Shown here: piece after piece, positions 42,811 to 52,365 of the stretch
Position numbering within the stretch: position 1 is the stretch's first letter
How the letters are laid out: each line of letters begins with the position of its first letter
Origin: Spiribacter sp.
Lineage (GTDB): Bacteria > Pseudomonadota > Gammaproteobacteria > Nitrococcales > Nitrococcaceae
DNA length: 64,000 bases
Assembly: GCA_031581235.1 (NCBI GenBank)
Contig: JAVLBW010000008.1
Location: 32,811 to 96,810, forward strand
Direction: 5' to 3'
Notes under the pieces: generated by a model
Databases searched by the model: none
Seen by the model: the letters and a program-made list of their open reading frames with translations, nothing else
What the model was told of the DNA's origin: nothing
Made by a program: the position numbers and the translations under genes

Positions 42811-44169
42811 ATGACCTGTTTCGCTAACCGAATCGTTTCGCGGGTCCGATGGTCCGCTCGCGGGGTCTGGGTAATTGGACTGGTTGGCTTCGTCAGTCTG
42901 CTGGTTGCCTGTGCGCCCGTTGCCGTTGATCAGGTCCCGGTTGGGGCCCGAGCGGATACCCGCATCATGCGCTCAGAGCCACTAGAGCCGAGTCGCTCGA
43001 CGCAGCTTTTGACCGATATTATGGCCGCTGAATTGGCCTTAAGTCGGGGGGCATTAGCGCAGGCGAGTGACTACTATGCCCAAGCGGCGATGGTGAGTCC
43101 CGATCCACGCATCAGCGAGCGCGCTGTGCAATTGGCTTTATCACTCGACAATCGGCCGCGAACCACGCGGCTGCTGAAGCGCTGGTTAAGCCTCGATGCC
43201 GATCAATTCGATGCCCGACAATTGCTGGCGTTCAATCAACTCCGTTCTGATCAACCCGATCAGGCGCTGGCCACGCTGCAGGCCGGCATGCCGAGAAGCC
43301 AAGAAGCGCGTGAGGCGGCATTGGCAAGCATTAGCCGCCTGTTTCAGGACCCATCCCTGCCGGCGTCGGTGATCGATCTTATGCGCTCGCTCTACGATGG
43401 GTATCCCGATTCGCCCGCCGCTGCGTTGGGTCTGGCACGAGTGGGACTGGCCCGCGAGCGTTTTGAGCTCGCCCAGCAGGCGGTTTCGGCAGCGCTCGAC
43501 AAACGCCCCGATTGGACCACCGCGCAGTTGCTGCAGGCTGATCTGTTGCGCCGCACTAACCAAGCCAAAGCGGCGCTAGCAGCCTATCAGGACGTTATTC
43601 AGAGCAGTGAGCCAGATGTGCAGACCTATCTTGATGCCGCGCAGTTGGCGATCGATCTGGATGCCTCGGCATCAGCTCAGAATATGTTGTCGCAGGCCAT
43701 CGAGCAGTACCCCGAGCGCGCGCAGTTGCGCTACGTTCGGGCGATTAGCTGGATGCTAGACGACCAGGTCGCTGCCGCCGAGGCCGATTTTCGTTGGTTA
43801 TTGGAGCGTCAGCCGAATAATCCGCGGGTACTGAACGCGCTCGGGTATACCTTAGTCGACCAGACTCAGCGGATTGACGAGGGGCATGCGCTTATTGCGC
43901 GTGCCTACGCCCTCGAGCCCGATAATGCGGCGATCATCGACAGCATGGGCTGGGCAGAATTTCGTCAGGGGCGCGTCGATTCCGCCCTTGAGTACTTGCG
44001 CCGCGCTTACGAAAAAACGCCCGATAATGCTGAAATCGCCGCGCATCTCGGTGAAGTACTCTGGGTGCAGGGTGATAAAACCGCAGCAAAAAAGGTTTGG
44101 ACTGATGCCCGTGAGCGCAGTCCCGAGGATGCGGTGTTACTCGAAACCCTTGAGCGGTTGTTGCCATGA
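42811..44169 (+). CDS. TPR-repeat lipoprotein (LbcA-like)
   Basis: Lipobox LVAC, LNALGYTL, IIDSMGW, EIAAHLGEVLW; located between hemA and lolB. Confidence 0.85.
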   Translation: MTCFANRIVSRVRWSARGVWVIGLVGFVSLLVACAPVAVDQVPVGARADTRIMRSEPLEPSRSTQLLTDIMAAELALSRGALAQASDYYAQAAMVSPDPRISERAVQLALSLDNRPRTTRLLKRWLSLDADQFDARQLLAFNQLRSDQPDQALATLQAGMPRSQEAREAALASISRLFQDPSLPASVIDLMRSLYDGYPDSPAAALGLARVGLARERFELAQQAVSAALDKRPDWTTAQLLQADLLRRTNQAKAALAAYQDVIQSSEPDVQTYLDAAQLAIDLDASASAQNMLSQAIEQYPERAQLRYVRAISWMLDDQVAAAEADFRWLLERQPNNPRVLNALGYTLVDQTQRIDEGHALIARAYALEPDNAAIIDSMGWAEFRQGRVDSALEYLRRAYEKTPDNAEIAAHLGEVLWVQGDKTAAKKVWTDARERSPEDAVLLETLERLLP

Positions 44170-44777
44170 GTGTGGCGTCGTTGCCGCGATCATTGGGGGT
44201 TTTGTTGCTGATGGTTGGCTTGAGTGGCTGCGCGATCCAGCCACCGAGCCCGCCTTCAGTGGATCGGGGCATCCCGCTGTCAGACTGGGCATCGACGGGC
44301 TTTCCGGATCAATGGCAGCTTACCGGTCGAACCGCGTTGCGCATCGATGATGAGGCCATGAGCGCGACACTGCAGTGGCAACAACGCGCGTTGCAGTATC
44401 AAATCGATTTGCGCGGGGCGCTTGGCGCCGGCAGCCTTCGGTTAGTCGGTGATGCGGATCAAGCCACGTTAAGCACCTCTGATGGCGAGCGCTTTCGTGC
44501 CGCCAACGCCGAGGAGTTGGTGCGCGCGACAACCGGCTATACCCTCCCGGTCGGGCTATTGCGTTGGTGGGTAACGGGCCGGCCTGCGCCCTGGCTTGAG
44601 GGCTGGGTCGTGCTCGATGATCAACAACGCGCTGAAGTGATTCGCCAAGGGGGTTGGACTATCACCTATGATCGCTACCAAAGCCGTGCCGGCACAGCGC
44701 TACCGGGGCGGGTAAGTGTGCAGCGTGATGGCGTCGAGGTGCGCTTATCAATCCGCCGCTGGCAGCTTGGCGCGTGA
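44166..44777 (+). CDS. lolB: Outer-membrane lipoprotein insertase LolB
   Basis: Lipobox LSGC, WQLTGR, LPVGLLRWWVTG; upstream of ispE. Confidence 0.92.
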   Translation: MSVASLPRSLGVLLLMVGLSGCAIQPPSPPSVDRGIPLSDWASTGFPDQWQLTGRTALRIDDEAMSATLQWQQRALQYQIDLRGALGAGSLRLVGDADQATLSTSDGERFRAANAEELVRATTGYTLPVGLLRWWVTGRPAPWLEGWVVLDDQQRAEVIRQGGWTITYDRYQSRAGTALPGRVSVQRDGVEVRLSIRRWQLGA

Positions 44778-45631
44778 ATAGGACATCTGCGGACTGGCCG
44801 GCTCCGGCGAAGATCAACCGCTTTTTGCATGTTACCGGGCAGCGAGACGATGGCTATCACGATCTACAAACCCTGTTTCAGTTTGTTGAGCCGGTGGATT
44901 GGCTTGATTTTACGCTAACCGATGATGGCATTATTCAGCGCGAAGGCGGCGTCGATGGCCTCGATGCCGACGCCGATTTAGTGGTTCGTGCCGCCCGTGC
45001 GCTGCAGCGGCATAGCCCGGGCCACTGGGGTGTCAACATCCGCTTGCACAAGCACATCCCCGTGGGTGGCGGCTTGGGGGGTGGGTCATCTGATGCTGCG
45101 ACGACCTTGGTTGCGCTGAACAAGCTGTGGGATTGCCGACTCGAGCGCGCGCAACTCGCGCAGCTCGGCCGAGGGCTGGGGGCTGATGTGCCGGTGTTTA
45201 TTCACGGGCAGGCCGCTTGGGCTGAAGGCATTGGTGATCAACTCACGCCGGTGGTGGTGGATCAGCCGTGGCTATTGTTGGTCGACCCCGGGGTTGCGGT
45301 GGCGACCGAGGCAATTTTTTGTGACGCTAAATTGACACATTCCCAAGCGCATATAACAATACGCGCCTTTGAAGACGGGGCGGTGAGAAACGATTGCGAA
45401 CCGGTGGTGGTGCGTCGTTACCCCGAAATCGGGGCCGAACTCAAGCGGCTCGCGGCACTGGGCCCGACGCGATTGACCGGAACCGGCGCTTGCTTGTTTG
45501 CCTGGTTTGCCACACGCAGGGACGCCGAGCAGGCACTTGTTCAGTGGCGCGGGAAGGGGCATGCTTGGGTTTGCCAAGCGTTGAACGAGTCGCCACTCAT
45601 CGACCGTCTCAAAGTTGAACCAGATCGATAA
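44774..45631 (+). CDS. ispE: 4-diphosphocytidyl-2C-methyl-D-erythritol kinase
   Basis: PAKIN, GYHDLQTLF, PVGGGLGGGSSDAA, LGADVP, LTGTG. Confidence 0.97.
   Translation: MNRTSADWPAPAKINRFLHVTGQRDDGYHDLQTLFQFVEPVDWLDFTLTDDGIIQREGGVDGLDADADLVVRAARALQRHSPGHWGVNIRLHKHIPVGGGLGGGSSDAATTLVALNKLWDCRLERAQLAQLGRGLGADVPVFIHGQAAWAEGIGDQLTPVVVDQPWLLLVDPGVAVATEAIFCDAKLTHSQAHITIRAFEDGAVRNDCEPVVVRRYPEIGAELKRLAALGPTRLTGTGACLFAWFATRRDAEQALVQWRGKGHAWVCQALNESPLIDRLKVEPDR
45313..45367 (+). promoter_or_regulatory. Internal sigma70 promoter within ispE, probably driving tRNA-Gln/prs/rplY
   Basis: AT tract 45313-45320, TTGACA 45332-45337, 17 nt, AACAAT 45355-45360, GC-rich acgcgcc after it; locally AT-rich. Confidence 0.55.
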
Positions 45632-45632
45632 T

Positions 45633-45707
45633 TGGGGCGTAGCCAAGCGGTAAGGCACGGGGTTTTGATCCCCGCATGCGCAGGTTCGAATCCTGCCGCC
45701 CCAGCCA
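45633..45707 (+). tRNA. tRNA-Gln (UUG)
   Basis: 75 nt; acceptor TGGGGCG/CGCCCCA, anticodon arm CGGGG-TTTTGAT-CCCCG, T arm GCAGG-TTCGAAT-CCTGC, encoded CCA. Confidence 0.98.
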
Positions 45708-45739
45708 ATTTCAACGACGCAGCGCAGGTGGCTACGGGC

Positions 45740-46693
45740 ATGGAAAACGGAAGCATGATGGTGTTCTCAGGGAATGCCAACCCCGCTTTGGCCAGCGCTG
45801 TGGCCACGAACCTGAAAACCCGCCTCGGCGATGCGCTAGTCACAAGCTTTAGTGATGGCGAAGTGCAAGTTGAAATCAACGAGCACGTTCGCGGCCATGA
45901 CGTCTTCATCATCCAACCCACCTGTGCGCCGGCCAACGATAACCTCATGGAGCTGTTGGTCATTGCCGACGCGCTGCGGCGCTCATCGGCCGCCCGAATC
46001 ACCGCGGTGGTGCCGTATTACGGTTATGCCCGCCAAGATCGCCGCCAGCGCTCGCAGCGCGTGCCGATTAGCGCCAAGCTAACCGCCGACATGATTACGG
46101 CGGCGGGCATTAATCAGCTGGTTACGGTTGATTTGCACGCCGATCAGATTCAGGGCTTTTTCAACATTCCCGTCGACAATGTCTACGCCTCGCCGGTGAT
46201 GTTGGGCGATATCTGGCGCCAGATTTATCAGGACAAAATTGTCGTCTCACCCGATGTGGGCGGGGTGCTACGGGCGCGGGCAGTGGCTCGGCGGCTGGAT
46301 AATGCCGATTTGGCCATTATCGATAAGCGCCGGCCGCGGGCGAACGAAATGGAAGTGATGAACATTATCGGTGATGTTGAGGATAAGACCTGTATCATCG
46401 TCGACGACATTATCGATACCGCGGGAACCTTGTGTCAGGCGGCGAGCGCGCTGAAAGAGCGCGGCGCCGGCAAGGTGGTGGCTTATATCACTCACCCGGT
46501 GCTCTCGGGCCCAGCCATTGAGCGGATCGAAAACGGACATCTTGACGAGCTGATCGTCACCGATAGCATCCCGCTGTCGGCCGAGGCAGCCGCGAGTACT
46601 CGAATTCGTCAGCTATCGCTGGCGGAAATGCTTGCCGAGACAATGCGGCGAGTCAATAACGATGAGTCAGTCAGCGAGCTCTTCGTCGACTGA
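45740..46693 (+). CDS. prs: Ribose-phosphate pyrophosphokinase
   Basis: [41 protein letters not shown]; start approximate. Confidence 0.98.
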   Translation: MENGSMMVFSGNANPALASAVATNLKTRLGDALVTSFSDGEVQVEINEHVRGHDVFIIQPTCAPANDNLMELLVIADALRRSSAARITAVVPYYGYARQDRRQRSQRVPISAKLTADMITAAGINQLVTVDLHADQIQGFFNIPVDNVYASPVMLGDIWRQIYQDKIVVSPDVGGVLRARAVARRLDNADLAIIDKRRPRANEMEVMNIIGDVEDKTCIIVDDIIDTAGTLCQAASALKERGAGKVVAYITHPVLSGPAIERIENGHLDELIVTDSIPLSAEAAASTRIRQLSLAEMLAETMRRVNNDESVSELFVD

Positions 46694-46700
46694 TTTTTAT

Positions 46701-46722
46701 ACCTGCCCTTGGTCGCGGGGGT
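46701..46722 (+). promoter_or_regulatory. Hairpin in the rplY 5' leader (L25-leader-like)
   Basis: ACC(TG)CCC-TTGGTCGC-GGGGGT stem-loop 21 nt before the rplY ATG. Confidence 0.5.
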
Positions 46723-46743
46723 AACTACGGAGAACATGAACTC

Positions 46744-47427
46744 ATGAGCGTTGAACTCAAACTGGATGCGACGATTCGCGAAGACCAGGGCAAGGGTGCG
46801 AGCCGCCGCCTGCGTCGCGCGAAGCAAGTCCCTGGCATCCTCTATGGTGCCGGTAAAAACCCGGTCTCACTGACCTTGGATGAAGAGCAGATTCTTCGAC
46901 TGATGCGCGAAGAAGCGTTCTTCTCGCAGATTCTTGAGGTTAAGGTCAAAGGCAAACGCGCTGAAAAAGCCATTCTTAAAGATCTGCAGCGGCATCCGTT
47001 TAAGCCGCTGGTCACGCACATGGATTTGTTGCGGATTAAGGCCGGTGAGAAGATGCGCCAAAGCGTGCCGATTCACTTTCTTAACCAAGAGACGGCCACG
47101 GGCGTCAAACTGGGTGGCGGCGTCGTTCACCATGACGCCATCGAGGTCGAAGTCGAATGTCTGCCTGATGATCTGCCGGCTGCAATTGATGTTGATATCG
47201 CTGAGTTGGAGTTGGGTAGCTCGATTCATCTCTCCGATATTGCGGCCCCTGAGGGCGTGAGCTTCCCGGGGCTGGACCCGGAGGCTGATCACGATCCGCT
47301 GTTGGTGAGCATCCATGCGCCACGCAAGGTGGTTGACGAGGACGACGAGGAAAGCACAGACGAGGCTGATTCCGGTGAGCCAGCTGCCGATGCCGGTGAT
47401 GAGCCGAGCGACGGCGAGGATAGTTAA
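46744..47427 (+). CDS. rplY: 50S ribosomal protein L25, long Ctc form
   Basis: GKGASRRLRR, VPGILYG, QRHPFK, LPDDLP, acidic tail. Confidence 0.97.
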   Translation: MSVELKLDATIREDQGKGASRRLRRAKQVPGILYGAGKNPVSLTLDEEQILRLMREEAFFSQILEVKVKGKRAEKAILKDLQRHPFKPLVTHMDLLRIKAGEKMRQSVPIHFLNQETATGVKLGGGVVHHDAIEVEVECLPDDLPAAIDVDIAELELGSSIHLSDIAAPEGVSFPGLDPEADHDPLLVSIHAPRKVVDEDDEESTDEADSGEPAADAGDEPSDGEDS

Positions 47428-47451
47428 CGCCGCAGGCGATAAGGCGGGCGT

Positions 47452-48036
47452 ATGAGTGCTGAGTCGGTGCAACTCATCGTCGGCCTAGGCAATCCTGGGC
47501 CGAAGTACGAAGCGACCCGTCACAACGCGGGGTTTTGGTGTCTTGAAGCGCTGGCGCGTCAGGCATCAATCAGTTTGCGCGCTGAGCGTAAGTTTCATGG
47601 CTGGACGGGGCGCTGGCAGAGCGATGCTGGTGATGTGCACCTACTCTGTCCGGCGACTTACATGAACCATAGCGGTCGCGCGGTAGCCGCGCTCATGCAG
47701 TTCTATCGCATCGACCCCGCGGCGGTTTTAGTCGTTCACGATGAAATTGACTTAAGCGTCGGTGAGGCGCGACTCAAGGTCGGAGGCGGTCATGGCGGGC
47801 ACAACGGGTTGCGCGACATCGTCGCGGCCCTGGGGACGCCGGGGTTTTCACGGCTGCGTCTGGGTGTCGGCCATCCTGGGCAGGCTGATCAAGTGGTCTC
47901 TTATGTCTTGCATGCGCCCGGACGCGCCGAGCGTGACGGCATTGATCAGGCCATTGAGCGTGCCCTGACGGTCATGCCACTGGTTATCGCAGGCGCCCGG
48001 GAACGCGCCCAACAGCAACTGCACACACAAGGCTAG
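47452..48036 (+). CDS. pth: Peptidyl-tRNA hydrolase
   Basis: VGLGNPG, TRHNAG, YMNHSG, VHDE, GGHNG. Confidence 0.98.
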   Translation: MSAESVQLIVGLGNPGPKYEATRHNAGFWCLEALARQASISLRAERKFHGWTGRWQSDAGDVHLLCPATYMNHSGRAVAALMQFYRIDPAAVLVVHDEIDLSVGEARLKVGGGHGGHNGLRDIVAALGTPGFSRLRLGVGHPGQADQVVSYVLHAPGRAERDGIDQAIERALTVMPLVIAGARERAQQQLHTQG

Positions 48037-48044
48037 AAGGCGTT

Positions 48045-49136
48045 ATGGGATTTAAATGTGGCATCGTGGGTTTGCCCAATGTGGGTAAGTCGACGCTTTT
48101 TAACGCGTTAACCCGCAACGAAATTCCAGCGGAAAATTACCCCTTCTGCACCATTGACCCCAATGTCGGTATTGTCCCGGTTCCCGACCCGCGTCTTGAG
48201 CAGCTTGCCGCGCTGATTAAGCCCAAAGCAACGCTGCCAACCACCATGGAATTTGTCGACATTGCCGGCTTGGTTGCCGGCGCTTCAAAGGGCGAGGGCT
48301 TGGGCAATCAGTTTTTGGCCAATATTCGTGAGACCGATGCCATTGCGCATGTGGTGCGCTGCTTTGAGAGCGATGATGTGCATCACGTCGAGGGCCGAGT
48401 TGATCCGATTGCCGATGTCGAGACAACCAATACCGAGCTGTTGTTAGCGGATCTCGACACGGTTGAGCGAGCGATTGAGCGCTATGGCAAGCGGGCTAAA
48501 TCGAACGACAAAGAGGCTATCGCGATTCGTGAGGCGCTCACCGTCATGGCGGGTGGTCTTAACGAGGGCGTTCCGGTGCGCGCGCAATCGATTGATGAGG
48601 CCGGTGCCACCGCCCTCAAAGAGTTGCATTTGCTCACAGCCAAACCCGTGCTGTACGTCGCCAATGTCACTGAGGAGGGGTTTAGTGATAATCCGCAACT
48701 CACGGCGCTCGAAGCGTTAGCGCAAAAGGAGGGGGCTGGCGTCGTGGCGCTGTGCGCTTCCATCGAAGCCGAGCTCTCGCAACTCGATGCCGATGAGCAA
48801 ATGGAGCTGTTAGCGGCCTATGGGCTAAGCGAGCCTGGCCTCAATCGGCTGATTCGGCATGGTTACTCGTTGCTGGGGTTGCTGACATTCTTTACCGCGG
48901 GGCCCAAAGAGGTGCGGGCCTGGACCGTGGTCGAGGGCGCAACGGCACCGCAGGGTGCAGGACGTATTCATACCGACTTCGAGCGCGGTTTTATTCGGGC
49001 CGAAGTGATTAGCTTTGACGATTATATCGCGGCGGGTAGCGAACAGGCCGTAAAAGAGAGCGGCAAAATGCGCCTTGAGGGCAAAGACTATATCCTCCGT
49101 GAGGGGGATATTTGCCACTTCCGGTTTAACGTCTAA
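48045..49136 (+). CDS. ychF: Ribosome-associated ATPase YchF
   Basis: [40 protein letters not shown]. Confidence 0.98.
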   Translation: MGFKCGIVGLPNVGKSTLFNALTRNEIPAENYPFCTIDPNVGIVPVPDPRLEQLAALIKPKATLPTTMEFVDIAGLVAGASKGEGLGNQFLANIRETDAIAHVVRCFESDDVHHVEGRVDPIADVETTNTELLLADLDTVERAIERYGKRAKSNDKEAIAIREALTVMAGGLNEGVPVRAQSIDEAGATALKELHLLTAKPVLYVANVTEEGFSDNPQLTALEALAQKEGAGVVALCASIEAELSQLDADEQMELLAAYGLSEPGLNRLIRHGYSLLGLLTFFTAGPKEVRAWTVVEGATAPQGAGRIHTDFERGFIRAEVISFDDYIAAGSEQAVKESGKMRLEGKDYILREGDICHFRFNV

Positions 49137-49156
49137 GTGGGCCGCTCACGCCTGAT

Positions 49157-49185
49157 TTGACAGCATCGGTCGGGCTCTGGATACT
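49157..49185 (+). promoter_or_regulatory. sigma70 promoter of tRNA-Met
   Basis: TTGACA-17 nt-GATACT, 20 nt before the tRNA. Confidence 0.65.
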
Positions 49186-49205
49186 CTTCGCTCCCCGCCG
49201 GACAT

Positions 49206-49282
49206 GGCTACGTAGCTCAGCTGGTTAGAGCACATCACTCATAATGATGGGGTCGGTGGTTCGAATCCACCCGTAGCCACCA
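49206..49282 (+). tRNA. tRNA-Met (CAU), elongator type
   Basis: 77 nt; GGCTACG/CGTAGCC acceptor, CATCA-CTCATAA-TGATG anticodon arm, encoded CCA; paired first base argues against the initiator tRNA. Confidence 0.95.
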
Positions 49283-49300
49283 TATCGCGCCGCCTTTGGG

Positions 49301-50656
49301 TTAGAGCAAAAACACCGTCGCCAGGCCCAAAAACGCGACAAAGCCGATGACGTCGGTCACGGTGGTAAGAACGACACCGCCGGCAAGGGCGGGATCAATC
49401 CCGAGGCGTCTGAGCAAAAGTGGTATGCCAACACCGGTGAGCGCTGCCACGGCTAAGTTAATGGTCATGGCCGCGGCGATAATGACGCCAATCGCGGGCC
49501 GACCAAACCACACAATGGCGATGCCAGCGAGCACCGCCGCCCAAAAAAGTCCGTTTAACACCCCCACACCCAGCTCTTTGAGCAACAGCCTGCGCGTATT
49601 GCGCGAGGCAATTTGTCCCAGCGCCAATGCGCGCGTGACCAGTGTCAGGGTTTGTGTGCCGGCAATGCCACCCATGCTTGCCACCACCGGCATGAGCACC
49701 GCGAGGGCGACAATTTCAGCAATAGTCGCTTCAAATAGCCCGATAACATAGGCGGCTAGCAGGGCGGTGAGCAAATTAATCCCAAGCCACAGCGCGCGTC
49801 GTCGAGCGCTCGACCAAACCGGAGCGAATAAATCCTCCTCCTCACCCAAACCCGCCATGGTGAGGATTGAGCGCTCCGCTTCTTCACGGATGACATCAAC
49901 CACATCGTCAATGGTGATACGGCCGACCAAGCGGCCACGCGCGTCGAGCACCGGCGCTGAGATTAAGTCGCGGTCTTCAAACATTTTCGCGACTTCGCGC
50001 GCCGGCGTGTCGGCGGCAATGGCAACGGCATCGGCATCAAGCAAATCAGCCACTTGGCCCGCGGGGTCGTGAGTGAGCAAGTCACTCACCCGCAGGATGC
50101 CCAAAAAGTGATCAAAGCGGCTGACAACAAACAAATGGTCGGTTAGCTCCGGTAGCGCACCGCGCATGCGCAAATAGCGCAAAACCACATCGAGACTCAC
50201 ATCGGGCCGCACGGTCACGGTATCGGTGTTCATCAGCCCGCCAGCGCTATCCTCAGGATACGCGAGCACCGCCTCGAGTCGTTGGCGGTTTTGGTTGTCC
50301 ATGGCGCGGAGGATTTCGCCGGTCAGGGTCTTGGGTAAATCCTGGACGAAGTCGGCCAAGTCATCCATGTCCATGCCCGAGGTGGCAGCCAGCAGCTCAT
50401 CATCGTCCATGTCGCGAATCAGACCGCTGCGGACTTCATCGTTAACCTCAAGCAGCACTTCACCGCCATTCTCTTCGTCCACCAGTTCCCAGAGCAGCTT
50501 GCGCTCAGGAACCGGGAATGACTCCAGCAGGTTAGCAATCTCGGCTGGGTGCAGCGCGTTGAGCATACGCGTTGCTTCGGGCGCCGTACCGCCCGCTAGC
50601 AACTCGCTCACCGTATCGGCAAGCCGCCCTTGTTTTTGTTTGAATTCTTCTGCCAT
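49301..50656 (-). CDS. mgtE: Magnesium transporter MgtE
   Basis: YPEDSAGGLM, CBS pair, GRITIDD, GGIAGTQ, DPALAGG, TTVTD. Confidence 0.97.
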   Translation of the reverse strand: MAEEFKQKQGRLADTVSELLAGGTAPEATRMLNALHPAEIANLLESFPVPERKLLWELVDEENGGEVLLEVNDEVRSGLIRDMDDDELLAATSGMDMDDLADFVQDLPKTLTGEILRAMDNQNRQRLEAVLAYPEDSAGGLMNTDTVTVRPDVSLDVVLRYLRMRGALPELTDHLFVVSRFDHFLGILRVSDLLTHDPAGQVADLLDADAVAIAADTPAREVAKMFEDRDLISAPVLDARGRLVGRITIDDVVDVIREEAERSILTMAGLGEEEDLFAPVWSSARRRALWLGINLLTALLAAYVIGLFEATIAEIVALAVLMPVVASMGGIAGTQTLTLVTRALALGQIASRNTRRLLLKELGVGVLNGLFWAAVLAGIAIVWFGRPAIGVIIAAAMTINLAVAALTGVGIPLLLRRLGIDPALAGGVVLTTVTDVIGFVAFLGLATVFLL

Positions 50657-50679
50657 GGCCTATCCTTGTTGCCGCGTGC

Positions 50680-51543
50680 CTATGATAGCTCGCGATGGCG
50701 CACCGTGACGCTGGCTGAATTTTGACGCAGGGCAGCGGCGAGGGCTTCAGCCAAATAAACCGAGCGGTGCTGGCCGCCAGTACAGCCAATCGCGACCGTT
50801 AAGTAACTGCGGTTTTCGGCCTCAAAGACGGGCAGCCAGTCGTCAAGAAACTGACTCAACTGTTTGCGGTAGCGCTCAACGGTAGGAATGTTGGCGAGAT
50901 AGTCGGCCACGATGGGGTCGAGGCCGGTGAACGGCCTCAGCTCGGGCTTCCAATGCGGGTTGGGCAGACAGCGGCTGTCGAAGACAAAGTCAGCATCGGC
51001 CGGGGTGCCGTGCTTAAAACCAAATGATTCGATTTGTAGCGACATCCGAGCCCGGTCTTCGGTAAGCCGCGCGCGAACGATACGGCGTAATTCATGCAGC
51101 GTTGTGTGGGTGGTGTCGATGGTCAGATCAGCCCGCTCATGCAAGGGCATGAGTAGCTCGCGCTCACCGCCGATGGCTTCGGCAAGTGGCGTTTCTGGGC
51201 CGCTTAGCGGGTGCCGGCGACGGGTCTCGGAAAAGCGCTTAAGCAGGGTGGCGTCATCGGCATCCAAAAAGACAATTTCGGTGGCCAAGCCCTCGTCGCT
51301 GAGACTTGCGATAATGTCGGGAAAATCGCCGAGGTCGTCCGGGCGGTTGCGCGCATCGATTCCAACCGCGTAATGCGTGCTGAATTCGCTTTGCGCAACG
51401 TGCTGGCCAAATGCCTTGAGAAGGGCGACTGGGAGGTTGTCGATACAATAAAAACCGGCATCTTCAAGCGTCGCCAATGCAAGGCTTTTACCCGAGCCGG
51501 ACAGGCCGCTGACAATAACTAAGCGCATCGGTGAGTTATTCAT
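50680..51543 (-). CDS. rapZ: RNase adapter RapZ
   Basis: GLSGSGKS, CIDNLP, FSETRRRHPL, DSRCLPNP, GCTGGQHRSV; start 51543 or 51528. Confidence 0.96.
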   Translation of the reverse strand: MNNSPMRLVIVSGLSGSGKSLALATLEDAGFYCIDNLPVALLKAFGQHVAQSEFSTHYAVGIDARNRPDDLGDFPDIIASLSDEGLATEIVFLDADDATLLKRFSETRRRHPLSGPETPLAEAIGGERELLMPLHERADLTIDTTHTTLHELRRIVRARLTEDRARMSLQIESFGFKHGTPADADFVFDSRCLPNPHWKPELRPFTGLDPIVADYLANIPTVERYRKQLSQFLDDWLPVFEAENRSYLTVAIGCTGGQHRSVYLAEALAAALRQNSASVTVRHRELS

Positions 51544-52003
51544 TGGCTTGACTGAACGGTTGGCAAGCGACGGCGTAGAGGTCATCGTCCGATTGGCAAG
51601 CGCGCAGGCGCTGCGTTAGCGCTGGGTCGCGAAACTGCTCGGCGAGTGCGGCGAGCGTTTGCGGGTGGCTGGCGTTGCTTTGACTGGGCACGAGCAGCGC
51701 GATCAGTAAATCAACGGGGTGGCCATCGGCGGCATCAAACTTGACCGGTTCGGCCAGACGCACCAAGGCCGCACGCGGTTGGCTGATTTCAGGGCTGCGG
51801 CTGTGGGGTAGCGCGACACCGGCACCGAGACCGGTGCTACCCAAACGCTCGCGTTGGGTGAGCTCTTCAAAGATGACTTGCTCGCTTGGGTGATCATCGC
51901 TCGCGGCAAGCAACGCGCTGAGTGCCTCAAGCGCGCGCTTTTTACTTGATGCCGCCACGCCGCAGCGAATTCGCTGCGGCGTGAGTAGTGCGGATATGTC
52001 CAT
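51536..52003 (-). CDS. ptsN: PTS EIIA-Ntr
   Basis: SKKRALE, RERLGSTGLG, GVALPH (phospho-His); in the rpoN cluster. Confidence 0.9.
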   Translation of the reverse strand: MDISALLTPQRIRCGVAASSKKRALEALSALLAASDDHPSEQVIFEELTQRERLGSTGLGAGVALPHSRSPEISQPRAALVRLAEPVKFDAADGHPVDLLIALLVPSQSNASHPQTLAALAEQFRDPALTQRLRACQSDDDLYAVACQPFSQANE

Positions 52004-52006
52004 ACG

Positions 52007-52333
52007 CTATGGTTCCAAGGTTGGCCCGACACCGCCTTCCGGGCGGTGATGATCGCTGCGTTTTTCCTTGTGCTTGACCACCTGCCGATCGAGTTTATCG
52101 ACCAGTGCATCAATCGCGGCATACATTTCATTGGCGCTGGCCTCGGCAAATACCCGAGCCCCGCTCAGCGCCATGGTAGCTTCGGCTTTTTGTGTTGTTT
52201 TTTCCACCGTCAAAATGACATGCACATCGACGACGTTGTCGAAGTGTCGCTCGAGGCGTTCAAACTTTTGATTAACGTAGTCGCGTAGTGCCTCACTAAT
52301 GTCGACGTGATGGCCGCTAATATCGATTTTCAT
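52007..52333 (-). CDS. hpf: Ribosome hibernation promoting factor
   Basis: ISGHHVDI, VHVILTVEK, MYAAIDAL, KHKEK; start ATG 52333. Confidence 0.95.
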   Translation of the reverse strand: MKIDISGHHVDISEALRDYVNQKFERLERHFDNVVDVHVILTVEKTTQKAEATMALSGARVFAEASANEMYAAIDALVDKLDRQVVKHKEKRSDHHRPEGGVGPTLEP

Positions 52334-52365
52334 AATCGCTCCTTCAATGAGTCCGGCTCGAACAT

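Noticed and set aside
47335-47427. Acidic low-complexity tail of L25
   Set aside because: Common in long Ctc-type L25 proteins
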